From Chara braunii (lineage: Eukaryota; Plantae; Charophyceae): DNA of 64,000 nt. Of the stretch, positions 34,891 to 47,161 are shown piece after piece. The stretch spans positions 6,745,038-6,809,037 of the forward strand of contig BFEA01000013.1 of the NCBI GenBank assembly GCA_003427395.1, read 5' to 3'. The notes under the pieces are model-generated. The model saw only the letters and a program-made list of their open reading frames with translations, made no database searches and had not been told where the DNA came from. The first letter of the stretch is position 1. Each line of letters opens with the position of its first letter. The position numbers were made by a program, and so were the translations under genes.

Positions 34891-35446
34891 TTTAAATCTG
34901 TCAGAAGGAACAACCTATCCGCTCTGTTGATGGTTGGGGCGCAGTGGACAGGCAGAGGGTTTTCGAGGAAGGAGGGAGCGAGGGATGAAACAAGTACTCG
35001 GTATCTCAAGTGGAGTTACCCACCACCGCTTTAGGTGGTATGTAGTCAGAGAGGATTTTAGTTGGTGAGGTAGAGGGAGATAATTAGGGTTTAAAGTGAA
35101 GTACGAAACTAGTAGAATAGAAGTAGAATGCCTTGGTTGGAGTAGGAATGGGGTAGTTCATTGGTGAAGGAAGTTAGAATAGGGGGGAGGTGGGTTTTGT
35201 GGGTGGTTAGTGTGTTTTTCTTTCTCTTTTGTCGACTTGTGTGCCTTTGTAGGCCTTGGTGGCATTGGTGGTATTGATGCTTTTGGTTGTTTTCTTTTTT
35301 TTTCTTTTCCCTTTTTTTTTCCAAGGTTGTGGAATTTCAGGACAACGGTCTAAATTTGGCCATTCTATTCCGAGAAGGATTTTCCCAACGCCTAAAGCAA
35401 AATTGGGTAATGCTCCCAGACCTCTTTCTTTTTTTCTCTTCCAGGT

Positions 35447-37160
35447 TGTCACGAACCAATTTCTGTCCCGCGCGACTTTCTGCACAAAGACAATGAGGGG
35501 TCCTAAGTTGGCAAGGTTGGGCCAATTACGGGAGATTGGGATGGATGAGAAATTGCATTGGTGTCCTCGCTTCCTCGTCCTTTTGCATCGGTTCCTTTTA
35601 GATGACTAGGTTCGGCCCCGGGCAGGTCCCGGGATGATCGATTGGTTGATTGGCTGTGTGAATGGCGCACCGCTGCGCGCGATTAAGGGATGTTGACGTC
35701 GCTTCTTTTGTTTCGGTTTTCGGATTTTAGGCACGGAAATCGCACGGGAATTTTGCTTCGTTCTTTTTGAATTTTCTTTTTGAATCTTTTTTCAACTCTT
35801 TTCAAATCCTGATGGCTCTCGGAATTTCGGACTTTCTTTTCAGAGTTTGTGTTTTTTGCTTTTCCGCATTAAATAAGAATTTTGCAATTAGGATTTTCTT
35901 TTGCCACACGACGTTTTTTGCTTACGCGCTTCTTTGTGCGGCTGCAATGGAACTCTGATTAGTCGGCGCTTTTAATCGTGTGTGTAACTGTAATTTTGGG
36001 CGGACGCCATTGTAACTGTATCTTTCTTCTTAGACTTCGTCTTTCCCACTTTCGCTTTCTTCTTGCTGGTCTAGCAGCCCGCGGGCTGCATGATCGGATC
36101 GATGCGTGGAGAGAGGCTGCATCCCCCACGCCGCGGTCTGGCCATGCAGAACGTAGGTGCTTTCTCCCTTGATCTCTTTCGAAGTCCTTGCAGTTCCGTG
36201 TTCTTCTCGCATGCATGCACGCTACAAATTTCGGCTTCGTGATTAGATAGCTCTTTTAACCAGCTAGTGGGAACTCAGGGTCGCGCGATCAGTGAGGGTC
36301 GACTCACGAGCGAAGTAAGAGGTGAGTGAAGTGGGAGTCGGGTGACCCGACGAGCTGGTGCCGAACGCGCGGATTTGACGCGCGCCACGACGGACTGTGG
36401 GTGCGGGCGAACCTGACGGGTGCGGGAGGACTAAGCGGGGTGACGACTTCATGGGTTGGTGCGTGACGACGAACTGTCCGCATCGGAGAGAGAGAGAGAG
36501 GAAGAGGGAGTTGAGGTTGATGAACGTGGATTTGCAGCTTTCTTTGTCTTGTCTCCCTCTCTGCTTTTGTATATAAATTTTGATCTCAGCTCAGGGCGAT
36601 TTGCCCGATTTTCTTTGTTTTTTCGGAATCTTGATTTGGTTCTGGCCCACACTCGTTTTTGCAATTTCGATCCCGGTTATTGTGTGTTATGTTGAATGAA
36701 TGGATGAATGGATGTTATGTCTACTTGCTTTTCCTTGTACCTAATCTTTGCTTTTGCTTGTCGTTTTGATTCACTAATGAGCATAGTAGGAAAGTTCACG
36801 TGATCCTCACTATTGATGTTTGTCCTCTTTTGATCTACCATTGTTGCTGCGAATGAGTGGTAGCAGCTTGCGTATTCAGGAGTGTTTGCATGAGATGATT
36901 CGGTAGTTGTTTGTCCAAAAATAAGCAAATACCTCGCGGGGATGCGTATAAGCGCGATCTGATCTGCGCACTTCCACGTGCCCACGCGCGTCGATTCGTA
37001 ACCACCCGCGCATGACAAGGCTAACGATCGCAGGGATATTGACTGATTGGATGTGTTCGGTGACCATTCTGGATCTGCAAGGAAGCCATCATCCCGTGTG
37101 AAGACGTGTACGCGCAATCCAGTTCGCGCAGTCTACACGTACTCACACGCGGTGATCACA
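35447..37160 (+). repeat. B1 5' LTR
   Basis: TGTCACGAACC...GGTGATCACA; collinear with 47881-49613; TATATAAA near 36570. Confidence 0.9.
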
Positions 37161-38025
37161 ATCGTCGAATATCGGGACCGACACGAAATTTCTGAACGCC
37201 GAGCTCAAAAATTCCCCAGCCGTGCGGCCACGCGCTAAGGAATTTTGCGGCTTCACAATGACAAGATGACGGACTCGAGGGACTCAGACTCGTCGTGGGA
37301 CCCGGAGTACTTCACCCCTTGGATTGAAGAGTGCCTCCAACGGAGGTTCCCCTGCTTAACCGAGAATCGACTGTGTCCTAATGAGTTCCATTGTGCCACA
37401 ACCAGCGATCCATGATGCCCTGATTTCCCCACTTCGGACTACACACACTACTCTATTTCCCTCGGTTTCGTCGTTATCTCCACTAACTTCCCTCCTTCCG
37501 TCTTCTTCTCCCGTATCATCAACTCACGGTCGTCCCGTGGAACGCCATAGCCCCATACTAGCCCCACACGACCTGTGAAAATTGTCGGCGGTGCGGCAAC
37601 GAAAGAGCCCCGAAAACCCGAAGATCTAACCCGAACGTGCGACGACCGGTGCCACGTGGCGACATCCGACGGCCTGACTCATCAGAATCACTCACACCCC
37701 GGATGGACCTTTCGTTGAACCGTCGTCCTCAAAACAGACGGTTCGAACGACCTTGAATGACCCGCGCATGCCATCTGCCTTATGACCGGAAGTGGTCCGC
37801 CCTCTCAACCAAATTGCACTCGTGCCCACGAAAAACTCGGCCACAGGAGATCCCAGTTCTGACCTGGGACTCCACCCCCACTTTCCCAAAAATCCTTGGC
37901 ACACCCTTTTCGCACTTCCAGGCCCATCTCCTACTCCGAACAGGAAGTCGCGCTGGGCGTGAGGTTGGTATCGGATCCCGACACGTGGTCGGGTTGTAGG
38001 ATTAACCACACGATAATTAAACGAT

Positions 38026-39700
38026 ATGGCTAACCGAGGGCGACCTCGACCCCGGAACGAGCATAGACGTGACCCCGTCATCACTAGAAGTAGATCGGCT
38101 AATCGACGGGCCACCAACATGAAAGTTAATCCACAGAATCCGAATCCGCAGCAGAATGTCAATCAGCAACAAAATCCTAATCAACCCGTACCACGAGCAC
38201 GGGCTCCCATGACTCCACCTGATCTCAATCTATTTGACCCTGCACATCATCTGGCTGGAGCATGGCTAGTCACGCTCCGGGCGCAGCTGTATGACGATAA
38301 TGAAGCTCAGGTAAACATTCCCGCCCGATTAGGAGGGGACGCTCATCATTGGTTTAGTACCTATGTATGGGGGGATCTCTCGACTTTCGAGCGAGATTTT
38401 TTAAATTGATTTAACTATGTCCATCCAGAGCAAGCGCTCTTCATGATCAAGGACCGAGTTAAAAAACCTCTCGAGTCCATTGCAAAATATCGAAACCGGT
38501 TCTACCGAATGTTTGTGAAAACTGAGCAGGGCGAGCAAGTAGGGAGATATCTGTTTATCGATGGACTTCGCAACCGAACGATAAGAGCGAAACTACGAAA
38601 ACAGTTATCCCCCATCAATCACACGCTCCAACAGATTATGGCAGCTGCAGAGGAAATGGAATGGAAGTTCGTGGTGAGCTTCCTAGAAGGAGAAGACTAT
38701 CCTAGGGAAGGAGACTCGTCCAAACTTGCTAGGGCAAACGCTGAGCTGGCAGCGTTGCAAAATAAGTTTGAAAACATGGGGGTCGTGTCAGGCCCTGTTA
38801 CCTATCTCGAACAGATAGCCCCTAAACGACCGGCCCCGAGTGTGATCACGAGCGTCCCTGTTCCTGTGATGCCAGCACCTGTAATGACCGCACCCCCGCC
38901 ACCGATTGAGAACCCTGCAAGGTCGAATGAATCGACCGCCATTTTGAAACTTACCAAAACGCTAATTAGCCTAATCCAGGAAAGCAAAAAGGAGCAATGA
39001 GAGCATAATGCTCGGTTGGAGACTATGGTGCAGGATATGCGACCCATCGCAGTACGCGCCGCCCCGATCCAACAAGGACTGGCTCCGGCACACGTTCTCG
39101 GAGGAGCCGCGAGCAATCTGAACATCTGTTACGCATGCCATCAACCTGGGCATCTAGCTCGAGATTGTCCCCATCGACCCCGACAACCGAGGGTCGGGGT
39201 CGCTCCAATGGCAGCGGCTCCCGTCACTAACGAACTCATTCCGTTAGCTACCACGAAAGAAGCTGCCGAACTCATTCCGTTGGATCAATATGTATCGCTT
39301 GGATATCCAGGGCTAGGAATGATTGGAACGATCAGACCTGCGCCAGGACAGAAAGAGGTGGCGGAGTGGCGACCTTCTCCAAGAGAGATGGAGTCGGGAG
39401 GACCCATCTTCGTCACTGGTGAGATCGATGTTTTGAACATCGTCTGAGCATTGGACCATTGGATTCCTCTTCCAATCGGTCATCTGCTTTCTATATCAGA
39501 ACAGGCTAACGAACGAATGTTGCAACACTGCAAAGCCAATCGGAAACGAGTCGCTCTTGCCTGAACAACGAACACGAAAGCGAAAGGATCCACACCGGAT
39601 GAAAATGCTGCAGGCGCTTCCGATCCCATACACATAGGGCTGATACAGAAAGATGACCACTTCCTGCGGATTAAACCCATCCTATGGAAATCCGCGGAAT
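38026..39700 (+). pseudogene. gag: B1 gag
   Basis: One frame broken by stops; knuckle CYACHQPGHLARDC. Confidence 0.9.
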
Positions 39701-41562
39701 GTGACATTGAGGTTTGGGGAATTCCATACAATGCTATCATTGATTCAGGAGCTGCTGTTTTGGCTATCTCGCTACGAGTAGTTGAAAGAGCAGGGAGAAA
39801 GAACGATCTGATCATGCTCACTGAAAAAGATCAGCTCGTCTCAGCGGACGAAGAAAAGATCGAAACGGTCGAACGAATGACTAATGTTGCCTTTCGATTA
39901 GGGAAAGTGCACGCTTTGGGCGATGTCGTGGTCCTGGATGTTAATACCGACGATGTTTTTTTGGGTCTTCCCGCCCTTAGAGCGCTGCGAGCCAATCTGG
40001 ATTTTGAAAGACGATCGATTATCCTCCGAAACACAGGAGGAAAACCCTACGTAGTGCCGATGAGACTGACTCTGCGAACCACGACTAATGTAGCCACACG
40101 AGTGTCCTCTGTGATGACAGGGGCTCTCCGCGTGATTACCTGGGTCAACGGGCAGACATCCGAGGACGCAGAAAGTAGTGACGACGATGACGGTCCCGTA
40201 ATTTTGGAAATGGTACGAGAACGTATTTATTACCCCGTGCAGCGAACGAACGACAAAGTCCCGAGCAAAACTAACCAAGATTTACAGAGAACACAGACGA
40301 TGATTATGGGAGAACCTCTCGTACAGATTTTGAGGATGGTCGACTCTTTGGTACCCCCTCAAACCCTGTACGAAGGGATCTCCCCTCTCCTCGCCCGATA
40401 TAATGACAAAAGACACTACTGCGATATCACAGATCTCCCGAAGTCCCTGTTGACACCCGCAAAAGAAGTTCGATTGTTACGATTGGGGGCAGAGATCAAC
40501 TCTTTGGAACCCCCTGAGCGCCTCGAAAGTGGACTCGGGATCAAGATCGCAACCAAACATGTGTTGTGGCAAGACATTCGAGACGGGGTCACACCGGAAG
40601 AACACGTGGCCATCCGAGAATAGGATGCACAGATGATGGCCACGGTGTTTTCCTGGCGATCGGATAACTCGTTTATCTCTGCGCCCCCGCCGGAGAACAT
40701 TAAGCGGACAAACACCAAATACATCGATGTAAGAATATGGGGTAAGCCCTACGAGTTGCACGTGCCCCAATACATGCCTGATGAGATCCATCACTTGATC
40801 CCGGACATTCTGAAAGAATATAAAGACGCGATTAGTGTGACAGACACAGATATTGGGCTGTCGCTAGTCATACAACACGAGATTCAGACAGGAAATCATT
40901 CCCCAATTCACTGCAAACCGTATAGATATTCGCTGATGGAACGAAAAAAGGCTCTCGAACGGATTCGAGAATTCGAAGCAAGAGATGGATTGAACCCGCC
41001 ACCGGACCTTGGTCATTCCCAGTAGTATTGGTACCAAAAAAGAATGGATCGATTCGCATATGCATCGATTATCGCAAGTTCAATGACATCACGATCAAAG
41101 ATGTGTATCTCCTTCCCCGGATTGATGATTTGATGGATGCAATTGGGTGTGCTAATTATTTCAGTAAGTTTGATATCCGTCATGGCTTCCATCACATTCT
41201 GGTTAAGGAGGAAGATCGGCCAAAGACAACCTTTGTATTGTTTGAAGGCACGTGGCAATGGGTTCCTATGTGTCCGAAATCGGATTCAACGGGGGTTTTG
41301 AGTTGAGCAGTTCAACTCCCGTTCAACTCCCGTTTCAACTCCACGTTGAACCGAGTTGAACGTGGTACAACTTGGCCCGCGGATTTTTTTTTTTTGCAGG
41401 CAAAACATAAGTGAAAACAAAAACAAAAACATATGGGGGTGTAGATTGTTTTGCTCTCTACATCCCCATATTTTTATTTTTATTTTTTAAGAATCAAAAT
41501 TATTTAAAAAAAATCAAAAACAAAACTAGACTCAAAATAGATTTTTTTTTTTTTCCTTTTTT

Positions 41563-41566
<4 letters not shown>

Positions 41567-41638
<72 letters not shown>
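41567..41638. repeat. (GATT)n microsatellite
   Basis: Direct observation. Confidence 0.95.
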
Positions 41639-41641
<3 letters not shown>

Positions 41642-41692
41642 GGGGGATGGGGGATGGCATGGGCATGGACCCGGATTGGAATGATGGATTGA

Positions 41693-42363
41693 NNNNNNNN
41701 NNNNNNNNNNNNNNNNNNNNNNNNNNNNNNNNNNNNNNNNNNNNNNNNNNNNNNNNNNNNNNNNNNNNNNNNNNNNNNNNNNNNNNNNNNNNNNNNNNNN
41801 NNNNNNNNNNNNNNNNNNNNNNNNNNNNNNNNNNNNNNNNNNNNNNNNNNNNNNNNNNNNNNNNNNNNNNNNNNNNNNNNNNNNNNNNNNNNNNNNNNNN
41901 NNNNNNNNNNNNNNNNNNNNNNNNNNNNNNNNNNNNNNNNNNNNNNNNNNNNNNNNNNNNNNNNNNNNNNNNNNNNNNNNNNNNNNNNNNNNNNNNNNNN
42001 NNNNNNNNNNNNNNNNNNNNNNNNNNNNNNNNNNNNNNNNNNNNNNNNNNNNNNNNNNNNNNNNNNNNNNNNNNNNNNNNNNNNNNNNNNNNNNNNNNNN
42101 NNNNNNNNNNNNNNNNNNNNNNNNNNNNNNNNNNNNNNNNNNNNNNNNNNNNNNNNNNNNNNNNNNNNNNNNNNNNNNNNNNNNNNNNNNNNNNNNNNNN
42201 NNNNNNNNNNNNNNNNNNNNNNNNNNNNNNNNNNNNNNNNNNNNNNNNNNNNNNNNNNNNNNNNNNNNNNNNNNNNNNNNNNNNNNNNNNNNNNNNNNNN
42301 NNNNNNNNNNNNNNNNNNNNNNNNNNNNNNNNNNNNNNNNNNNNNNNNNNNNNNNNNNNNNNN
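41693..42363. other. Assembly gap
   Basis: Run of N. Confidence 1.
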
Positions 42364-42458
42364 AGAAGAGAACGCTCACGAAGAAGAAGAAGAAGAAGAA
42401 GCCGAAGAGGACGAGGAGGAAGAAACCCCGGAGGAAGGTACTTAGATTGAGCATAGTG

Positions 42459-42496
42459 CTGTCTCTTATACACATCTAGATGTGTATAAGAGACAG
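42459..42496. other. Nextera mate-pair junction adapter (artefact)
   Basis: CTGTCTCTTATACACATCT+AGATGTGTATAAGAGACAG, two Tn5 mosaic ends. Confidence 0.98.
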
Positions 42497-44083
42497 CACA
42501 CACACATGCACACACACGTACACAGACACACACCAACACACACGCAAAAAAAAAAAAAAAAAAAAAAGTTTTTTTTTTTTTTTTTTTTTTTTTTTTGGTG
42601 AAGATTTTTGATGTGACTCTGAGGAAAAATTTTTTTAGTTTTTTTTTCCGCATAACATAGTTTGTTTCCGGAATTTTTGGACGACGTCCTTTTTTTTTTT
42701 TTTCAACGAGATTCAACGGGATTCAACGGCGATTCAATGGGATTCAATGGGGATTCAACGGGATTCGACGGGATGATTTTTTTTTGGTTCACGTGCGTCC
42801 AGTGCCGTGTCCGAGGCCCAATGCACCCTCCTCGTTGAACAATATTCAACGGGGGGGGCCCGTTGTACTATTCAACGGGAATTCAACGGGGCCTCGGGGA
42901 CTATTCAACGGGTACAACGGAGTTGAAACTTTCCCGTTGCCCGTTGAATAGACACATAGGTGGGTTGGATGTCCAATGGGGATTTGCAAAGCACCGGCCA
43001 CGTTTCAACGGGCCATGAACGTCACGTTTCAGAACTTCGTCAACAAGACACGGTTAACGCAGGGGATGATTAACTTCTGCGTCATCGTGTACATGAACGA
43101 CATCCTAGTTTATTCGGAGACTTATCACGGGCATGCGCAGCACATCGAATGGACGTTGGGTGCGCTGAGAGACGCCGGATTCAAGATTGCGCTCGAGAAG
43201 AGCGAATTTTTCCTCTCGGAAATTTCGTTCCTAGGCCACGTCGTGATACGTGGAGGACTGTGGCCTGACCCAAGAAAGGTAGCGACGGTGAGAGCTCCTG
43301 TTCCCACGTCACTGATGCAGGTTCGAGCCTTCTTGAGGTTGGCTTTGTATTATCGTAGTTTTATCAAAGGTTTCGCCACGATCACGCGGCCTTTAACGAA
43401 TCTGTTACGGAAGGATCAGCCCCTCAGTTGGGACGCAGAGTGCGAACAGGCCTTCGCGACCCTCAAAGACGCTCTCGCAACAACGCCTATTTTAATTCGA
43501 TTGGACCCTGCGAAGCAGTTCATTCTCATCACGGACCGGCAGCCGGAGGCTATTTCCGCCATTTTGGCACAGAAGGGGAACGACTGTCATGAGCATGTCA
43601 TCGAATACGCGTCACAAACAGTGCCAGACGAACCGAGAAATGACTCGGCCCCACAAGGCGAATGCTACGCGGTAGTATGGGGGATTCAACACTTCCATCC
43701 GTATCTATACGGACAAAAGTTCCTCCTTGTCACTGATCATGAGCCCCTGCCATCACTAAAGAGACTTACTAATTACACGGGCATGATTGGATGTTGGGCA
43801 GTGCGCCTACAGGAGTACGACTTCGACATCATCAATCGAAAGACAGAAAGGCACGACAATGCGGACGGACTGACGCGTCTGCACCAACCAGTTGAAGTAC
43901 CTAAGGCAGAAGAGATCATCTCGTGAAAGGAACAGGAATCGGCGAACGGGCCCAAGTATAGACAAGTGGCAGTCCTTCCACGTGGCAAGAAGCAGGTCGG
44001 TGGCAATAGGTGATGGAGGTAACCATACAGCTCCCCTTTCTCCTCTCTCCCCCTCATCTCTCCTTTCCTTGCCTGATAAATTT

Positions 44084-44245
44084 TGTTATTTTTGCGAAGC
44101 AATTTCTCGCGTATACTCGGTCTCTATGCGCCCTAGCGGGGAGGGATATGCGGAATGGATAGACTGTCGACAGTGTGTCACACGAGCCCATGACTCGTGC
44201 ATCCAATACCGAAATGACAGCAAGCCTTGGCTGTGCCCCTTGTGT
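44084..44245 (+). CDS. PHD finger domain within B1 pol, between RNase H and integrase
   Basis: CYFC...EWIDCRQC...AHDSC...PWLCPLC is a C4HC3 pattern with typical tryptophans; same frame as the integrase ORF at 44351. Confidence 0.85.
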
Positions 44246-45623
44246 CGGATTGATAAGCTCCCGACCGAGGCTCGCTTTTTAGATGCCACATCAGAGGGGT
44301 TGGAGAAGACCCAGAAGTTTACAAGGGCCGAAGTTTGAACGGATATTGCCTTGATTGCTACCCTAGTAGGTAACCCCCTCCAGGACTTCACCAAGGAAGA
44401 TCGGAGGAGGGCCAATGAAAGGGCTCGGGACTACCACTGGAATGAAGGACGGCTGGAAAAACGGAAAACGGCTGGTAGTGGGATTTGGATGGTAGTGCCG
44501 CACCCGTTCATGAGGTATGACTGGGTGAAGACAGCACACGAGGAAACAACTGCCCATTTTGCCGTATGGATCATGGAGGCAGCCATCGACAAGAATGAGT
44601 GGTATTGGTCTAATATTCGTGACAATGTAAAATTCATCGTCGTGAACTGTCAGGTCTGCGCTGCGGATAAGGCGCCGATTCAGCCGCCCAGATCGATAGT
44701 ACCGACAGTAGTCGAACGGCCTTTTGAAAGGGTTAGCATGGATACTACCGATATAGTGGTGCCCCCTGGACCCAATAGCTGTGAATATTCAATCCTACTT
44801 GTGTTCGTGGACCATTTTTCGAAATGGATTGAGGCGTATCCCTGTTGTACGCAACAGGCGACCGAAATTGTGCGATACGTCAATCGGTTTTTAGGGATGC
44901 ACCAGGACACGGAGGAAATTCTGACCGACAATGGGGTAGAATTAGGGGGGGAAGTCTTGAGGAATCTGGTCATACATGGCGTCGCTATCCGGAATACCGC
45001 ACCCCACATGTCGCAATCCAACAGGCTGGTAGAGAATGCAAGGAGGGTGATAAGGACTGCGCTACGATGCAATATCGTGGCACGGGACCCCAGACCCTGA
45101 CCCGATATCGTAGATCACATCTTGGCGGTCCATCGAGGAACGACCCACGAATCTACAGGCCTGAGCCCGTTTCAGTTGAGGACCACCTGAAACTGATGGA
45201 GAGGTCCCTGCCCCGGTTAGCCGGAAAGCGCCAAAAAATGACCGAGCTGGCCCATGGCCGCCAGGTCCATAGTTACGAGGCCCGGAACGGGAACACGGGT
45301 CCACGGCCCCAGTACAAATTAGGGGACTTGGTGCAGATAAGGAAATGTGCTCGCCAAGGCAAGATAGCACCACGATTCTTCGGGCGATTTCACGTGATCG
45401 AGCTCGGCTCGAACGGAGTGAACACGGTGCGCCTTGTGCCAGAGGTCTCGGGGAGCCGATCGGCACGACCGATCGTTTGCCACATGTCTTACCTGCGTCC
45501 CCTCCCTTCCTCCGCATCTTCTGCACCATCTTTTTCTTCAGAAGAAGGCGACGACTCTCCATCGCCATCTTCTTCCCTTGCATCTCTTGCCTTATCTCCT
45601 ATTCCGTCCCCGCCACCATCGCC

Positions 45624-47161
45624 ATGAGCTTTCTCACGAAGCGAGCCCTCGACGACCATCTCTTAATGCCATGGGGTTACATCTCGGCGATTCGGCAGGT
45701 TCATCATCCACGGCTCTATCAGGATCTTCTACGACTGGCGCAGTTCTTTTGCACTTCGGGAGTGTACGCAGCGGCCGAGTTCCGATTTGCGAGCAATCCT
45801 CAGGCGGTCGTGCTGGCAGAAGCGGTGGCCGTCCATCGACGGTCAGCCCCGGGGATTAGCCACTTGTCCACGGTCGTCGGCTTCAGCGGCGATATCAATA
45901 TAGTCAGTGCGCTACGGCATACAGCCATTCGGACATCATTGAGGGAGTGGGCGCAACAACTGGCGATGGAGTGGAACTACTAGCTTACACGCCACGGGGA
46001 TAATCTTTTCCCACGGACGACATCAAACTTAGTGGAATTCACGCTGCGCAGCACGAGCCAGCGGTGGTGCTGCCGGAACTCATCCCCTTCCAACGTCCCC
46101 GATGAACCGCTCTCAACTCTCCACCTTCGCTCTCCCATCTCTCTTCCCCACCTTCTGGCAATCTAGTCTTCACCCTCGCCTCTCCTTTTGCCTGGAGCTG
46201 CTCGTTGTCCCCCTTCTCGATCCCGCGCAGTGGAGGCTCTGGTGTCAACACTTCGTTGATCTTTCGGTGTGCCTGGTCGGAGTACGAATCGCATGGACCA
46301 GGGATGAGGAACACCGTGAGTGGTTTGAGTACTTGGAGCTGATGATCGTTCAAGCTTGGAGGACGGATGTAGAAGGCAATCGTCTCGGATTCTTGTTTGG
46401 ATCGCCAGCTGATCATCCTGGAACTGACGGTCCCCCTTGCTCAGTTAGCAGACGATCTCCCACTTGAGATCGTCTCGCAAAGTGGTGACACCCCGATTCC
46501 GCACGTCCTCACACCCACTCTAACGCCGTATCTTCAGTGGTCGGCGTGCCTGGAGGAGCCACGAACAAGCCGCAACCCGCCGTCGCAGCGGGATTATCTG
46601 GACCCATGGGGGATCATCGATCTCGCCTTCTTCCAAGATCGGACGGCCTCCGAGGACGAAAAAATAGCTATCAAAGAAGAGAACGCTCACGAAGAAGAAG
46701 AAGAAGAAGAAGCCGAAGAGGACGAGGAGGAAGAAACCCCGGAGGAAGGTACTTAGATTGAGCATAGTGAGGGAGAGCAGAGTGAAGAGGAAGAAGAGGA
46801 AGAGGACGAGTTGGAACTGGAGGAGTCCGAGTGGGAGATCTCGACGGAGGAGCTCGAGTGAACAGAAGCGGAGCAGGCGAAAGACCCCGAAGCGGCGCGC
46901 AAAAGAAAGGAGATCGCAGCCGGGAAGCGACAGCTGGAGTTCGCCAGCACAACAAATTTGCTAATCACCGACGATCCGGCCCTCGATCCAGAACCGCCCA
47001 AGCCTGAGGATGGAGAACAGGCCGAGACTTCGAGCACACCGGCAAGGCGGCGACGAAGCCGATCCCCCTCCCCCTCCGCCTCCGACCGTCCATCAGTTCG
47101 AGCCCGTATTGATACGAGGCATCGGGCTTTGTCCCCTGTCATTATCCCGCCGTCCCCTTGA
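45624..47161 (+). pseudogene. B1 extra ORF after pol (~500 codons, unknown function, acidic C-terminal half)
   Basis: ATG 45624 overlaps the pol stop (ATGA); fragments 45624-45983, 46102-46467, 46397-46756 and 46958-47161 read as one disrupted protein. Confidence 0.65.

Larger units (their letters stand above)
28140..35446 (+). mobile_element. Near full-length non-LTR retrotransposon (L1/Tx1 type), degenerate; 3' UTR cut by the B1 LTR. The 5' boundary is approximate
   Basis: ORF1 with CCHC knuckle followed by ORF2 with APE endonuclease, RT and a C-terminal zinc finger. Confidence 0.9.
41265..42960. mobile_element. Non-autonomous TIR DNA transposon inserted in B1 RT
   Basis: TIR CCTATGTGTC / GACACATAGG; 6-bp TSD TGGGTT (41259-41264 and 42961-42966); many subterminal TTCAACGGG / CCCGTTGAA motifs; removal restores WQWVGCPMG. 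Confidence 0.9.
39700..45627 (+). pseudogene. pol: B1 pol (PR, spacer, RT interrupted by a TIR element, RNase H, PHD finger, integrase)
   Basis: IIDSGAA; RICIDYRK; YMND (mutated YMDD); RH ECYAVVWG; IN HEETTAH...CQVC, VSMDTTD, LTDNGVE, NRLVE; FFGRFHVIE. Confidence 0.93.

Noticed and set aside
36604-36613. Tf1-like self-priming pairing between CCCGATTTTC (near the putative TSS) and GAATATCGGG after the 5' LTR
   Set aside because: Only a 9/10 match, and it does not reach the LTR boundary where the primer 3' end must pair
36677-37117. 146-aa antisense ORF open in both B1 LTRs (also 49130-49570)
   Set aside because: Non-ATG start, no motif, and many amino-acid differences between the copies; persistence is explained by LTR duplication
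42459-42496. Natural Tn5/IS50 ends or a biological palindrome (also 63506-63543)
   Set aside because: Exact synthetic mosaic-end pair of the Nextera mate-pair kit
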